Made by a program: the position numbers and the translations under genes. A stretch of 64,000 nucleotides of DNA from Phoronis australis (taxonomy: Eukaryota > Animalia > Phoronida), in assembly GCA_002633005.1 (NCBI GenBank), contig NMRA01000029.1:1150086-1214085 (forward strand). The letters are read 5' to 3'. Shown piece after piece: positions 51,289 to 64,000 of the stretch. The notes below the pieces were generated by a model, which saw only the letters and a list, made by a program, of their open reading frames with translations, was not told where the DNA came from and searched no databases. Positions within the stretch are counted from its first letter, which is position 1; the number at the start of each line of letters is the position of its first letter.

Positions 51289-51387
51289 TTAAGTAACACA
51301 ATTGTAGCAGTGTAAATTTCGCTCAACATGCAGTCAGCCTTCTTGGAATCCTTTTGCTTGCTATAACTAATGCGGAGACGAGTTCAC

Positions 51388-51427
51388 CTGTTGGCTCCTC
51401 ATTTCCTGGTCGTCAACTTTAGAGCCC
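51388..51427 (-). CDS. Gene A exon 10: cytoplasmic juxtamembrane segment
   Basis: tgttgcag|(R)GSKVDDQEMRSQQ|gtgaac, phase 2-0. Confidence 0.6.
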
Positions 51428-52625
51428 CTGCAACAAAAATCAGAATTAAGACGAGGCTTGACCCTGAAGTTTTGAAGTGTATATAGCCTAAAGGGTTTAT
51501 CCGCGGACACACTATATTCAACGAAAAAACACAATGCGGGTGATTCGTGTTTTTGTTGGCTCGTGTAGCTAACATATGTGTATACACGGCGAGAATTGAA
51601 GGTGTTAGCGATCACAGGGTTGCGTTCTGTAGAGAAAGTTTCTTGCACGAAAAACGAGATCACGCAAGTCTCCGCGAAATATCGCCATGCAACATTACAA
51701 GAGAAGCACGTTGACTTTCAGTGTCAGCAATTTTTACGGGGGAAGGTTAAACCACGTCGATATCTTGTAGTGCAACAGCGCCATCTTACAGAACCTTGCC
51801 AAGTTCGTTAATGGTCAATGAATAGGGCCGTTCCGGATTACACAGCAATAAAACTCCCTTTTGTGCCGGAGATAAGAAAGAGCGTCACTTAGTTTTGGAA
51901 TTCAGGCACATTTTTGTGTCTCTCATTTATGTCGGGAAGGTGAAAAATTTCTGATCACACATTCACGGGTATATATTCAGTTTATTAATTTTTCAAGTCG
52001 GAGTTGCAGCCCACATAATGCAACCGAGAAAAAACTTGTAAAGAATCAGACAACAGCAAATAACAGGTGAAACTCCAGTGGCACGAAAACGAGGAAGCAA
52101 ATGTGCCTACCCATGTTTACGGCATTTGGGGTGAACACAGTGAGATTCGAGTGTACACACTTTCACAGTGCTACGAAAGGTAGCACTGTCGAATGTTGTT
52201 TAAGTGGCTTCTTATGGTTAAAGTGAAGACATCGACGTCATAACATTCAGTCATTCCCATCGATTGAAAGCTAGGAAACCCCTTTAAAATAATATATTGC
52301 ACTTTGGAATTCGCATTTTTAAGTCGCTGCCGATAGGTACATGTATGACATATTCGTAGACGTACAATTAGACTTTTATTGTCGAGGTTGCTTGAATTGC
52401 AGGTTGGAATTACGAAGTTGCGTCGATGCCCACACACTTTTGAGTATAGGTGGCGCTGTGTCAGAGGGTAGATTCCAGTGTCGCTGTGAAATCCGAGGCG
52501 ACCCTATTCGAACTAGTTTGTACAGGTATCTTGGGAAGGTGAAACCAAGGCCAACGACTTAAAAAATGAGTAAATAAAAATTGCGTGGGCGGCATTACCA
52601 ATTTTTTAAAGTAATAATTCCTTAC

Positions 52626-52744
52626 CTGAAGCACACTTTTTTGCAGATAATATACACGATTACAAATATGATGAAAAACGCCAACACAGAGCCCACTACG
52701 ATAAGTGCAATCATCCAGGTCTCTAATCCAGTGAGTACTGGGAT
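52626..52744 (-). CDS. Gene A exon 9: transmembrane helix
   Basis: acttcag|IPVLTGLETWMIALIVVGSVLAFFIIFVIVYIICKKVCF|gtaagg, phase 0-2. Confidence 0.9.
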
Positions 52745-53313
52745 CTGAAGTAGAAAAACACTCTTCTAAAGGCCAGAAATCGTCAAGTAGACCTTGGCTG
52801 CACTTGTTTGCCTGCTTTACCTGGTAAGACATCTGACTGGTCTATAAACAGGAAGTCGTCACAGCCAAGAACAAATCGGACATCTTTGCCGGTTGACCCA
52901 GCGGAACCAGCGAAGTCAATTAAGTGCAGCAAATGAACGTGGTTGAAAATATGCTTTACTAGGTTTCACTTATAAAAACACAATTTAACCCAATAACGTT
53001 TAGAAACACCAATTTTTACAAACCTGGTCTAGATTTTGTCTAACCATGGAATTTCTTTCCAGAGCACCAGGATTTAAATAAAATCCCGAGTTGTCCAGGC
53101 TATGTGGGTGTTTATATAGTTGATTTATCTCTTGCTTTATTAACAAAATGAGAATTTTTCGAATAATTAAGAGAAGTAAACCATCTCACTTTGTTGATGT
53201 AATTTGTTGTTAAATTAATGACGTTATCAAATCCTCGCGACCGTTATTACTCATAGTTCGAGATTCAATGTTGTAGAAGACTTGTCTCCATTTTGAGAAA
53301 GTGAAATACTCAC

Positions 53314-53446
53314 CGCCGTTGTGTTGATGTTTGTTGGTGTCGTCGTTTCCGTTGTGGTGATTTGTGGGTAAACAATACTGGCAAAAGCGAGTGCTTGAAC
53401 TTGCACTGTAGCATTGATGGCGGTCCCGATATCGCTTTCCACCGCG
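53314..53446 (-). CDS. Gene A exon 8: end of globular domain and Thr-rich stalk
   Basis: tttacag|AVESDIGTAINATVQVQALAFASIVYPQITTTETTTPTNINTTA|gtgagt, phase 2-0. Confidence 0.88.
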
Positions 53447-54484
53447 CTGTAAAAATTAAACAGCGCTGATAAAACAATAAACTGGGACTTGCTGAAAGCT
53501 AGGATGTATTGTCATTTGCCAATAGAAGGCGATTTCTCTGTCAAAATGGCTTCCTACTGAAGCAATTTTTATCTCAAACTGTTAAAGGAGAAATGTCGGT
53601 TGTCTATGATGCGATGTCAGGAATTGAAATACGTACGTGATATCAATTCTCTAATACTAACTAATCAATCATTATGAGCTGGTATGGCACGCCAATCATG
53701 ATTTCACTCTAACGTCTTGTCTGTTAAAGCAGTGAAGGCATTTCCCGGTCCTTAAGCAATTATCCGCTACACATCCAAAACAAATGAAGCGCAATTTCGC
53801 GGCCGTCCAAGGGCCATGAGTGTACAATCTGCTGCTCCTACTTGGACATTTAAGCGGTAGATACTGTTGAGCAGATAAGTATTCTAAAGTGCACCTGCTG
53901 CCTTTTCGTAAAATCTCTATTGATACGCTCAGCGTCGAGAGCATTTCACCGTTATTTTCGAAGAGTATGGTAAACTATCGAGGAGTTGATACAAGTGAAG
54001 AACCAGGATGCCACAAGAGGACTCAACCACAACTTTCAAAGGAAAGTGTCCGCCACAGCCCTAAAAGCGGCATGTTGGCGGCGTTCTTTTTCCTGGTTGG
54101 CCCCGCAGGGTGGTCTGGGGGCGGGGTGTTGAGTTAGCACCGCGAAATCCGTCTATGGATGTTTTTGACTTTTGGTTAACAGGAGTTTCAACAGAGTTTG
54201 GATATTAGATCATGGGCCCAGATTAACGCTGATTGGTCAGTGTTATGTCGTTAAAATGCGAATTCGTGGTGATCTAGTTGCAGAACCCAAGAGCTATCAT
54301 CAGAGCGCATCGCTTCTCTAAACATCCGAGTTATTTGCGTAGTTCCCGGGCGTTATACCGAGCTTGACTCCCAATAGTTCAGCCCAAGTGTCCCCTCACC
54401 TAGGTATCAGTTTATACCAAGCGTTGCCTACGATTCGGGTTCGTTGCCTCCCATTTCTTCTCTGTGTGGCTGGTCTAGGATATA

Positions 54485-56048
54485 CTTGTTGGAGACTGCC
54501 GTAAAGCACGTAACGGGAAACTGCGCATGGATCGGGTGATTATTCCTTTAAATTGGATAGTATGCTACTGAACCGAGAACAGTGCATTACCGTGTCATGA
54601 CCTTTTCCAAGTCTACCAGGAAAGCGTCGCCTTCCCAGACCGCCATGGTGTACACGCAATGTTCGTTCATAATCAACGAACATTGTTCTTCTTTAAATAA
54701 ATCATGGCTTTTGTCTTATGGAAAGTTCGGACATGTCAATCAAGCAAAAATTTTAGCTAATCAGATCGCAGGAGCATGTAAAATCATCGGTAATGGTTTT
54801 ACGATGCGTCTGCAGTACAAGAGATCGAAAGTGTCAGTCACTGATAAAAGCATGTAGCAGACGTCAGGATGAGATGAATACATTTGGATATTTAATTTTA
54901 TAAACGCACATCAAAACGATTTGAAGTCAATGAATTTTATACAGGATAAATATTGTATTATCAGTTATCAAAATCGTTAAATTTATCTATTAATCCTGGA
55001 ATTAACTAATTACGCTTATTACTACCAAGCGACTTCATTCGGAAATCCATTATGTACCAAAAATTAGGGGGCGCTCGGAGTAATCGACATAAATGACGTC
55101 ATCCGAGACAAGAAGCGCAGGCCTGTTATATGAAAACGGACCACAATGCGAAATGTTTTGCTGCCTATTGCGACTTAGTGTTTTGTTACTGGTGCCCTGA
55201 TACGTACCTTATCGTCTGGTTAAAAATTGAGACTGCCACGGAGGGAGGCAAAGCGTAANACTTGTTGGAGACTGCCGTAAAGCACGTAACGGGAAACTGC
55301 GCATGGATCGGGTGATTATTCCTTTAAATTGGATAGTATGCTACTGAACCGAGAACAGTGCATTACCGTGTCATGACCTTTTCCAAGTCTACCAGGAAAG
55401 CGTCGCCTTCCCAGACCGCCATGGTGTACACGTAATGTTCGTTCATAATCAACGAACATTGTTCTTCTTTAAATAAATCATGGCTTTTGTCTTATGGAAA
55501 GTTCGGACATGTCAATCAAGCAAAAATTTTAGCTAATCAGATCGCAGGAGCATGTAAAATCATCGGTAATGGTTTTACGATGCGTCTGCAGTACAAGAGA
55601 TCGAAAGTGTCAGTCACTGATAAAAGCATGTAGCAGACGTCAGGATGAGATGAATACATTTGGATTTAGAAAATTTCATATTTAATTTTATAAATGCACA
55701 TCAAAACGATTTGAAGTCAATGAATTTTATACAGGATAAATATTGTATTATCAGTTATCAAAATCGTTAAATTTATCTATTAATACTGGAATTAACTAAT
55801 TACGCTTATTACTACCAAGCGACTTCATTCGGAAATCCAGTATGTACCAAAAATTAGGGGGCGCTCGGAGTAATCGACATAAATGACGTCATCCGAGACA
55901 AGAAACGCAGGCCTGTTATAAGAAAACGGACCACACTGCGAAATGTTTTGCTGCCTATTGCGACTTAGTGTTTTGTTACTGGTGCCCCTGATACGTACCT
56001 TATCGTCTGGTTAAAAATTGAGACTGCCACGGAGGGTGGCAAAGCGTA
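54485..56048. repeat. Near-identical duplication 54485-55258 / 55261-56048 across a single N (probable allelic overlap artefact)
   Basis: Two ~780-bp copies with a few SNPs and small indels, n at 55259. Includes a partial copy of the gene A exon 7 end. Confidence 0.8.
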
Positions 56049-56253
56049 AGAAGTAGGAGGTATGGCCACTGCTCGCCTGACTCTCGCTGGGGTTTTTGCC
56101 CAGGTACAGAGACTGTTGTTGGTCTCTACCACGACAACAACAACGTATTCCAACTTCAATTTGTTCGTGGCACACGTGTTGAGTGGGAAGTTGTCGGCAA
56201 CTTTAATGTTGCCTGGTGACAAAAACTTCTTTGCTTGTTTCTCGAGGACTGGA
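55999..56253 (-). CDS. Gene A exon 7: globular ectodomain with RVRR furin-type site
   Basis: atttcag|PVLEKQAKKFLSPGNIKVADNFPLNTCATNKLKLEYVVVVVVETNNSLCTWAKTPARVRRAVAIPPTSYALPPSVAVSIFNQTI|gtacgt, phase 2-2. Confidence 0.88.
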
Positions 56254-57687
56254 CTGAAATAAACAAAAAATTGGACAGTTGCCAAAAGTTGAATTACTGG
56301 AGTGTTGGCTTAACATCAAAATTATTTTAAAATTTCCACAAACTTGAACCAGAAATGTCTTTTGATTTATACCACTTACCGTCATAAACCTGATATCAAG
56401 TTGTTTCTTACCCTTCTCCATTACGTACTTCCGATATAGGGTCAACATGGCGAAATACAATTTGAGGTTAGATGACGATTGCATAGTTGGTTGGCAGTGG
56501 TCTGCATTCTTCCTTAAAGTTAATGCAGAGTCCAAACGTTTTTTTCTCTAAATTCTGTGAAACACGCATACCGTCGAATTTGCACTGTTGTGCGGTAGCA
56601 TATCCAAACAACTCACACAAAAATGCTCAATGTCTCAATGTGTCCGTGAATGAAAGAAATTCGTTTCAGCTCACCTTTGCATTAGAAATTCGGTCGAGCG
56701 AAAGACGCCTTTGTTATCTCACAACGATAAAGAGCTGTATTCAACATGTTTGCTATGGGATGTGGTTGACTGGATGCTTTAATTTCTACACGATGTTAAC
56801 AACACCTGCACGCGCAGAAGCATAAGAGTCACAGGGGAGATAAGTTGAATATATGGCAATCTTGGAATCAACTTGCCACTCAAAGTAGATGTAGAATTTA
56901 GAAATGTCGTTTAATGGTATTAGTATATTTTAGTAGTTACAATATAGATAATTTGAGAAATACTGTTTGAACGCATGGAAATTATAATAGCCAAACCTGA
57001 GTTGAGAACTTAAACATTTTATTATTTGAGCATGCAACTGAACAGTTACGTAAAAAATAATTTGCCTCGTTTCGAGCGCTCCCTGTTGGCCCAACTGAGA
57101 GCTGGTACTTTTGCCTCACACATAGAAACTGGTTGCCATGTACATACTTCTGTAGATTAAAGGTTGTGTATATGTTGTGACTGAAATTCAGTTGAAGATG
57201 AACTGCATTTGGTATTTAATTGTTCATATGATTGGGTAAAACAAATTTGCATCTCAATGTATCTAACTTTCCTGACTGTAACAGGGTAGGATGATCCCTA
57301 GACAATTAGCCAAATTTGTTGGCGCCTCGCGAGCGTAAATATAATATAGTGTATGTTTGATTTTTTATTATGTTTCATTCCAGGCTGAGGTGATATATAC
57401 ATTCATTTCGCGCCGGCTGGGTATAGATCGTTATTACAATGCATATTTTGTTGATACTGGCAAATAGTGCACTAATTGAGACTATATTAGATAAATACTA
57501 CTACTGCCACTACTACAACCAAATGCGACGCCAATAATCTTGAAGCCCATCTGAACGTTCTAGAATGCTGTTTTGGTTAGGAATTTTAATTGAAAACTTC
57601 CAAATACAAAATTTAAATTTGTGTTAGTAACGATACAGTTGGAAGAGGAAAGGCGTATGTACTTTCGATTGATAAAGTGTAACTTAC

Positions 57688-57791
57688 ATGCTTGACTGTG
57701 GTAACACACAGCATTCGGCAATTGTGGCATTGGTTTGTCCGCAGTGACCGTTAAACGCTTTCTCCAATGACTCTGTAACGGCGCTGTTAAT
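57688..57791 (-). CDS. Gene A exon 6: Cys-containing ectodomain
   Basis: attttag|INSAVTESLEKAFNGHCGQTNATIAECCVLPQSS|gtaagt, phase 0-2. Confidence 0.82.
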
Positions 57792-58221
57792 CTAAAATAA
57801 AACGCGCCCTTTGACAATAGATGTCACCTGTTTCCATCATAATTAGAAAAGGGAACGTAATCTGCAGCATGCAATGCTTCTACTGTTTTTGTCGCGAAAC
57901 GTTTAAGAGAGTGACGAATATTTAAAACGTGGGTCGTCAAAAATTCGTACCGTTTTTTTTTTTCGTAGATAAGCCCATCCGATGAAAGAAATTTACCACA
58001 AAATAAGACAAAATGAGCTCAAAATGAAACATGTGATGCAACGGAAAGTGCGAAAACTCATTCAGTATCTTCAGAGCCATTTACTTTCTAAAGCTAGGTT
58101 CAAGATGGCTAACGCCATGGCCGACGTAGGCTAGTTACATGGTTCACGCAATGACAACGATTCCAGAATTTCAAGTCAATCGAATCGATTACTCTAAAAA
58201 GTTACCCTTTATTTTACTTAC

Positions 58222-58303
58222 GTTTGTTATGCTGAGTCCACATTTATTCAACTGTAGAGTAAATGCAATACCATTTATTCGGTCTTCAAGATCGATTTGA
58301 GCA
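58222..58303 (-). CDS. Gene A exon 5: start of globular ectodomain
   Basis: tttacag|AQIDLEDRINGIAFTLQLNKCGLSITN|gtaagt, phase 2-0. Confidence 0.82.
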
Positions 58304-59208
58304 CTGTAAATATAAAATTAGGATGTTACACGGACAAGGGCGGCTCATACGAGAACGCTACTGTATGCCGTTTAAAGATGATGACGGTGAAGACTATAAG
58401 TTTGACAAAATACAAGAGGTTGACCGAATGAAAAAATTAGCGGACACTCCATTGTTGGGAACTTTAAAATAAAAACCTGAAAGTGACATTCAGAGTCAGA
58501 TCAAAGGGACAATGACACTGGAGATGGAAAAACGATGCACGCGGTTGTTTTATTCCCAGTGATGTCATATGGCAGGCTCTTCATTTACTCATGCATCTCC
58601 GAATAGTTGACGTCGTTGCAATGTTGTTTTCCAAGTTTTTGGTTTGTGTACAAAATTTCACACTTTGGGGTACGGCAGTTTCTTAAACTGCTCAAACCAT
58701 AAACTGTCTAAAATAAAAATGCGACATTTTGAGGTTCGAAGGTCGGTTACGTAATTTCAGGATTGCGGCAGTTTGTGGTTCCGCAATCATTCCTTGGAGA
58801 TGCTAAGTCACAGGTTTCATTGAATTTCGCTAGAAGTACGAATTTTGGCACCTTCGGCGTGTTTGACAAAACACTACTTGGTTGTATCATGTCAAACTAT
58901 TCTGCGCCAAATACTTTTGCCTCCCTGAAGGACTTTAACATTCGTTTTAGTGGCCAAATCGTAATTGATTACTGATACACGTAATTTGAAAAGTGCACAA
59001 ACCATGCAAATCGTACACTTTTGGCAGAGACCCTGTCCCTCCATTAGGACTGCTTGTACTTCCAAAGCTGACGATTGCCTTCCCTACCTATGTGTGAACA
59101 CTTTAAATTAGTAGGCGAGACGTTAGGATATTTTCATGTACTACGCCTTTGAAAATGACTCCATTCTTATGTACGATCTCGAAGTATGAGACGGGTCATT
59201 TGACTTAC

Positions 59209-59419
59209 GTCGGCTGCACTACCGTTGAGGACGAGGTTGGCGCAATAACGCTACTCGTTGACGTTAGTCCTGTTGTCATGGGCGAAGTGGTTGCAACAGC
59301 TGGGGTCGACGAAGAACTCTGCAACAGAGGCGTATCCATGCTGAAGGTTGACATTGCCCCTGTTGTTGTATCCGAGGCAGCGGCAGCTGAGAATGAAGTC
59401 ATTGACAATGGCGTAGTCG
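59209..59419 (-). CDS. Gene A exon 4: Ser/Thr-rich mucin-like region
   Basis: tctacag|(A)TTPLSMTSFSAAAASDTTTG...SSSTVVQP|gtaagt, phase 1-2. Confidence 0.9.
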
Positions 59420-60080
59420 CTGTAGAGAGAAAGGGAAGTGTTATCAAAAGGGATGACCCTGCATTACTGAACTACAGTGTATAACTGTATCGTTATCATA
59501 CACGTAGGTACCTTGAGTACGTAAGCCATTATACAGGCTGTAAGAAAGAATCGAACGTTTACAAATAATAAAGTTATGTAACCAGATACGCTTCAGTGAC
59601 TCCTATTGAGGTCTATGTAGGCTGACATGATCAAAACTGACGTAGACAACTAGAATATGTCCCATCAACTTCAACGAGTTACAGTTAAAAAAATTGGGTG
59701 GAGCAATTAAAATATCATACATGCACAAGATAAATTCATCACCGTCGCATGCAGCGCAGGAATTTAAAAACGAAAATTTCTTGAAACCTTCTAGGCGAAT
59801 GAAATTGGGATTTAAGAAGTGCTTTGAACAACATCTTAGCTTCACAAGTGCACATATGAGATAGCAAAAGTCTACAAATATTTCTCACGTCTGCCAGAAC
59901 TGAGTTCCTCTGGTCACTCAATTCATTTCCACGAAACAGGCCTCAATGAATGTCTTGGGAACAGCTGTAAACACTACTATCTGCAGTCAACGACAAGGAC
60001 CCAGTGGAAAAAGGTAGTTTAGTACTTAATATATGCTAGTCTTGAATCGGGGTGGAAATGTAGATCACAAACATTTTTAA

Positions 60081-60186
60081 AGCTGGTCTGCACGCCACCT
60101 GTTGGCCACATCACGGTCGGGGCAGAAACCTTTTCAGACTGTTGTTCATTAGGTCACGTGACCAACAGGTGGCGCGCAGACCACAC
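60081..60186. mobile_element. TTAA-flanked palindromic MITE (Kolobok-like)
   Basis: TTAA|AGCTGGTCTGCACGCCACCTGTTGGCCAC ... GTGACCAACAGGTGGCGCGCAGACCACAC|TTAA. Confidence 0.7.
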
Positions 60187-61259
60187 TTAAAAGGTTCCTG
60201 ATAACATGCATAGTGTAATTCAATTGATGAATAAAGTCTATATCAGAAATCACATGTGGTAGCGTAGTACTGTTGACTCATTCAGTTTATTTGAGTACTA
60301 TGATACGATGCATTTTCGAATGATGAAGGGCAGACCGGAGTGCTCGCTAGTTCCCCGCGTGTCGCTAGGGGGTATTCAGCTGGCTAGGCACGTAGGGAAC
60401 CAGCGAGAGCGGAGTGAGTTCGTCCACCCGCCACATCTCGACTTTTACGCAAGCCCGCATATCCGCTGCATTCTTGTGATGTACATGATTGCTGACGGCA
60501 TACTAAAATTAAAAGAGTTTGTCTCTAAGACGTTCCGCTGATTTCAGGAGGGAGATTGTCATTTGTATTCACGCAAGCATTTTTGATTCCAATTTGATGT
60601 GTTCTTTTTGGTTCATACATTAGACTCGAACTCAAGATTTTTATGTAAGATATGACACCCGAGCTTGAACGTGACCATTAGTGAGTTCATATAAACACGT
60701 ATTTTATTTCACAAGCGATGCTTCCCCTTACAACATTTGGTTTTAGGTTGTCAGAAAATCACATTCTGGAAAAAAAAACGCGCAGGAGGTTTAGTCAGCA
60801 CGAGTTTATCCAGCGGTCAAATGCTTATTTGACTTAAAAATATTTTTTCGAATGTTATTCTTCATCATGATCGCTGTCGGCGTTTCTTAAAAGGTCACGA
60901 CCTCTGACCCCGGGGCTCTGACATAGAAAGTAGTTACAAAGCCGAGGCGAGTCGAGAAAGGTAGGTAGATTCATTGCAATGTTTGTCGTTCAGTATGTGG
61001 TATAAATAGATTATTACATGTTCTCAGTCGTTATTGTCCTTATGGATTNTTATTGCTTGAGACCAAGCTCTACAAGCTGACTTGTCACGATTGGTCGTTG
61101 TAGGTGTCGATCGAATAACAAAATGTCAGGTTTTCCAAATTCAAGTTCAGTAACCCCATCTCACCTCAGGTAGGAACAAGTCGAGATCAGTTTCTTAGTC
61201 ACGGTGGCGAGTGCTCCAAATCAAAAGTTCGATTCACTGACGGAACGCAACCTACTCAC

Positions 61260-61376
61260 CTTGCACACTCTCCTCCAGTGTTGCCGTTGCCGTTGCATGA
61301 ACTCCGCCGCTCGTTTCGCTAACGTTCATTGCGCTAAAGCTTGTTGCCACACTTTCGGTAACAATGGTCGTAGATG
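61260..61376 (-). CDS. Gene A exon 3: duplicated, shortened copy of exon 2
   Basis: ttttcag|(A)STTIVTESVATSFSAMNVSETSGGVHATATATLEESVQ|gtgagt, phase 1-1, open. Confidence 0.78.
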
Positions 61377-61567
61377 CTGAAAACAAGGCACACACCATGT
61401 GGTTATTTTGATTAACAAAAACAAATAAGTTTCATATCCCAATACCGAAGTTTTCCAAATTCAGCAAACCCATCTCATCTCAAGTAGGACCAAGTCGAGA
61501 TTTCTTTCTTAGTGGTGAGAGCTACAAACCAAAACTTCGATTCATCGACGGAACGCGATCTACTCAC

Positions 61568-61747
61568 CTTGCACACTCTCCTCCAGTGTTGCCGTTGCCG
61601 TTGGTTGAACTCCGCCACTCGTGACGCCTGTTGTTGACGCACTGTCGGCAACTGCGGTTGACGCGTTCACGACAACGGAATCTGTTTCGCTAACGTTCAT
61701 TGAGGTTAAGCTTGTTGTCACACTTTCGGTAACATTGATCGTTGACG
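61568..61747 (-). CDS. Gene A exon 2: Ser/Thr-rich mucin-like region
   Basis: ttttcag|(A)STINVTESVTTSLTSMNVSETDSVVVNASTAV...TLEESVQ|gtgagt, phase 1-1. Confidence 0.9.
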
Positions 61748-62036
61748 CTGAAAACAAGGCGCACACCATGTGGTTATTTTGATTAACAAAAACAAACAAG
61801 TTTCATATCCCAGTAGTATTATTGTGAGATATATTCAAAATGTTACCGCAAGTGCAAACTTCACTCTTCTATCATTTCAGTAAAATGAAATACAAGTTTC
61901 ATTACAACTGTTGAGGTTACACACATGCACTAGGTGATATAACACACTTACTTTTTAAGCACACACACGTAGGATGTTTGTTTGTTTGTTTTTATGTATA
62001 CGATGTACATCGGTCTGTGACTGACATACTAATTAC

Positions 62037-62097
62037 CTGACGCTTGAATAATGACAGCAAACAGCAGTGCGAACGTCTGAATACCGTTGATTGCCAT
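62037..62097 (-). CDS. Gene A exon 1: signal peptide of mucin-like type I membrane protein
   Basis: gaATG MAINGIQTFALLFAVIIQAS|gtaatt, phase 1. Confidence 0.82.
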
Positions 62098-62134
62098 TCC
62101 TTGAATATAAAATGAACTAATTATGGATAAAATG

Positions 62135-62876
62135 TAGTAGAAGTAGTGGTGGTGGTGGTAGTAGTAGTAGTAGTAGTACACTTTATTCACTTTAAGTCAG
62201 AAAACAAAAAATACAGATTTACAGATACAGATTTACGCTTATGGAGACTCCGTGAAGGACCCGAGAGGTCTGCTGACCACGGAGCCACCAGAGAATAAGA
62301 AAGAAAAAATACAGCGTTACAGATAAGCAGAACTATAAAAATTAGGTGATGATGTACTTTAAAACTACTTGTGCAAAGACTGGGAGAGATTATAATCGAA
62401 AATAGTTACACACAAAGCAGTTGGGAATAGTGCACTCAAGTTCATAATTTTCAAAACAAACATTCTTAAAATAATTTATAACAGAGGATAACGAATGGCT
62501 AAAAAGTTTTTGGGAGACACTTTCAGGAAGGTTATTAATGATATGAGGTAGAGCATTTCGAACTGAATCTTCAACAAATGATTTAGTACAACGGGGAGTA
62601 TGTAAAATATGTCGTTGCCTAGTGTAATGTTCATGAACAGACCCAGGAGTTATTAAATTGAACGTGTTAAAAATGAAGGTAAGTAATTATGAACATATTT
62701 GTAGAAAAAATTAATAATAGCAACAACATACAAGTCCTTTATTTTGAGTAACTGTGTAGTCTTAAATAAAGGATCTGTATGGGCATTAAAATAACTAGAG
62801 GTAATATTGTGAATAACCTTTTTCTATAATTTAAATATTCTATGATGTTCACGCTACCATAGCAGAATACCATAAT
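62135..62876 (-). mobile_element. L2/Crack-type LINE 3' fragment with (TAC)n tail
   Basis: YGIL..RIFKL*KKVIHNITSSYFNAHTDPLFKTTQLLKIKD. AATAAA and a (GTA)n/(GTG)n run at 62135-62178. Confidence 0.8.
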
Positions 62877-64000
62877 GAAAATGACGAAGGACAAGGCCAT
62901 TATATATAGTTTTCAAAGTTTCAAAGGGAAAGAAATGTTTTATGTTATTAAGAACACCACAGAATCTGCTTATCTTTCTCAACAAATTGTTAAATACGTT
63001 AATACATGCGCGCACCCAGCCTTCAATATGAAGGGGGGAGATGTTGTGGAGCTTTTGGTAACAAAAAAGTGGGCGGACTAAAAAAGGACATCACAGTGAA
63101 TTGAGCGTTTGCGCTTGTTAAGCAAACTTTTATCTCATTTTCTCGGGCTTTTCAGAGGCGGACCTTTTTGCTCACTTCGCCAAATGGAGGGGGTGCGCGC
63201 ATGTAGTATGTAGTGATGCCGACGTCGTCACAGCTAGTGCTCTCTCGAAAGTCATCACTGATATCGATTATTATTAAAAATATACATTTGATATTAATTA
63301 TGAGATGAGCGTCGTGCTTTTAATCATTACAAATTACACTCGTAATAATAAACTTAAAATTCTAGTTTTGAATGGTTTCTATCAAAGTTATTAGAGAAAC
63401 AACACTCACGGAAAGTCGATATTAATGTATTGAATACAAGCAAATTTTAAAACAATTACCTGCAGTTTATGTGGAAATTTTCGAGAGATCAGATGGTAAT
63501 GCGACTTTTCTCCTGACCACTTAATCGTGAAATCTAAAGTGACGCTGCTTCTTTATACATTATAAGGTTGTAGAAGCGGTGAGGCATCATCCCGCGGGAT
63601 CAGGGATTGTTGCCAGGCGATTGAGGATATTTTGATCTGTTTACCGCCATCGCCTAGACACTATTATGTGCGACTCACTACTTTTGTTTATCTCGAGGTA
63701 TCTTCCATCTTCTTCTTTTATTCGTACTGAATTAAATTTGCATCAGATGGTGTTCAACAAATTGAATGTCAGGCGTGTCTGAATGAGCAAAGAAGGCGAA
63801 AATCACTGCCACGAAAACACGTTGAGTGACGACTGCATTATTAAAAAGCACCGACCTACAACACGATAGTTACAAATAGCGACTTAAATGTCACGCCACC
63901 TAAAAATGAAGCAGAGATTTTTATTCCCAGTTACTGAATATTACGAGGACTGCGTGACGAGAAAGATGTTGATGATAATGATGGTTGCAACGATAGAGTT

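Noticed and set aside
63460-63726. Exon-like segments upstream of gene A (donors near 63459 and 63678)
   Set aside because: They could be 5'UTR exons or part of another gene. Coding status cannot be supported.
1-64000. CRISPR arrays, rRNA, intact tRNA or prokaryotic operons
   Set aside because: None seen. The window is intron-rich eukaryotic DNA and the tRNA-like segments lack a full cloverleaf.

Overview
Eukaryotic (animal, probably marine invertebrate; species not identifiable from sequence alone) draft-assembly scaffold with two N-gaps and several single-N joins that carry duplicated flanks. Three intron-containing host genes could be assembled by hand on the minus strand from phase-compatible exons. 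Gene A (62097 to ~51388) is a mucin-like type I membrane protein. Gene B (40006 to 21213) encodes signal peptide + SUEL-like lectin + kringle + ZP-N-like segment + TM + acidic tail, and its middle exons look decayed. Gene C (16693 to ~13939) is a secreted single-CUB protein with a furin-type propeptide. The rest is mostly decayed mobile DNA: a Penelope-like retroelement with a hammerhead ribozyme, an I-group LINE, CR1/L2 3' ends, a deleted Kolobok (THAP + KolX/P2X7-tail-like), a RecQ-like fragment, and hAT, Harbinger, piggyBac-like and TTAA-flanked MITEs. The most unusual observation is a 2.3-kb P/Galileo-like DNA element (7727-10043, perfect 7-bp TSD) carrying a decayed THAP...PHD-finger gene. 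Its stop codon is followed by two tandem replication-dependent-histone-type 3' stem-loops and a purine-rich downstream element, with no histone ORF nearby. All domain calls are by eye and need profile searches.
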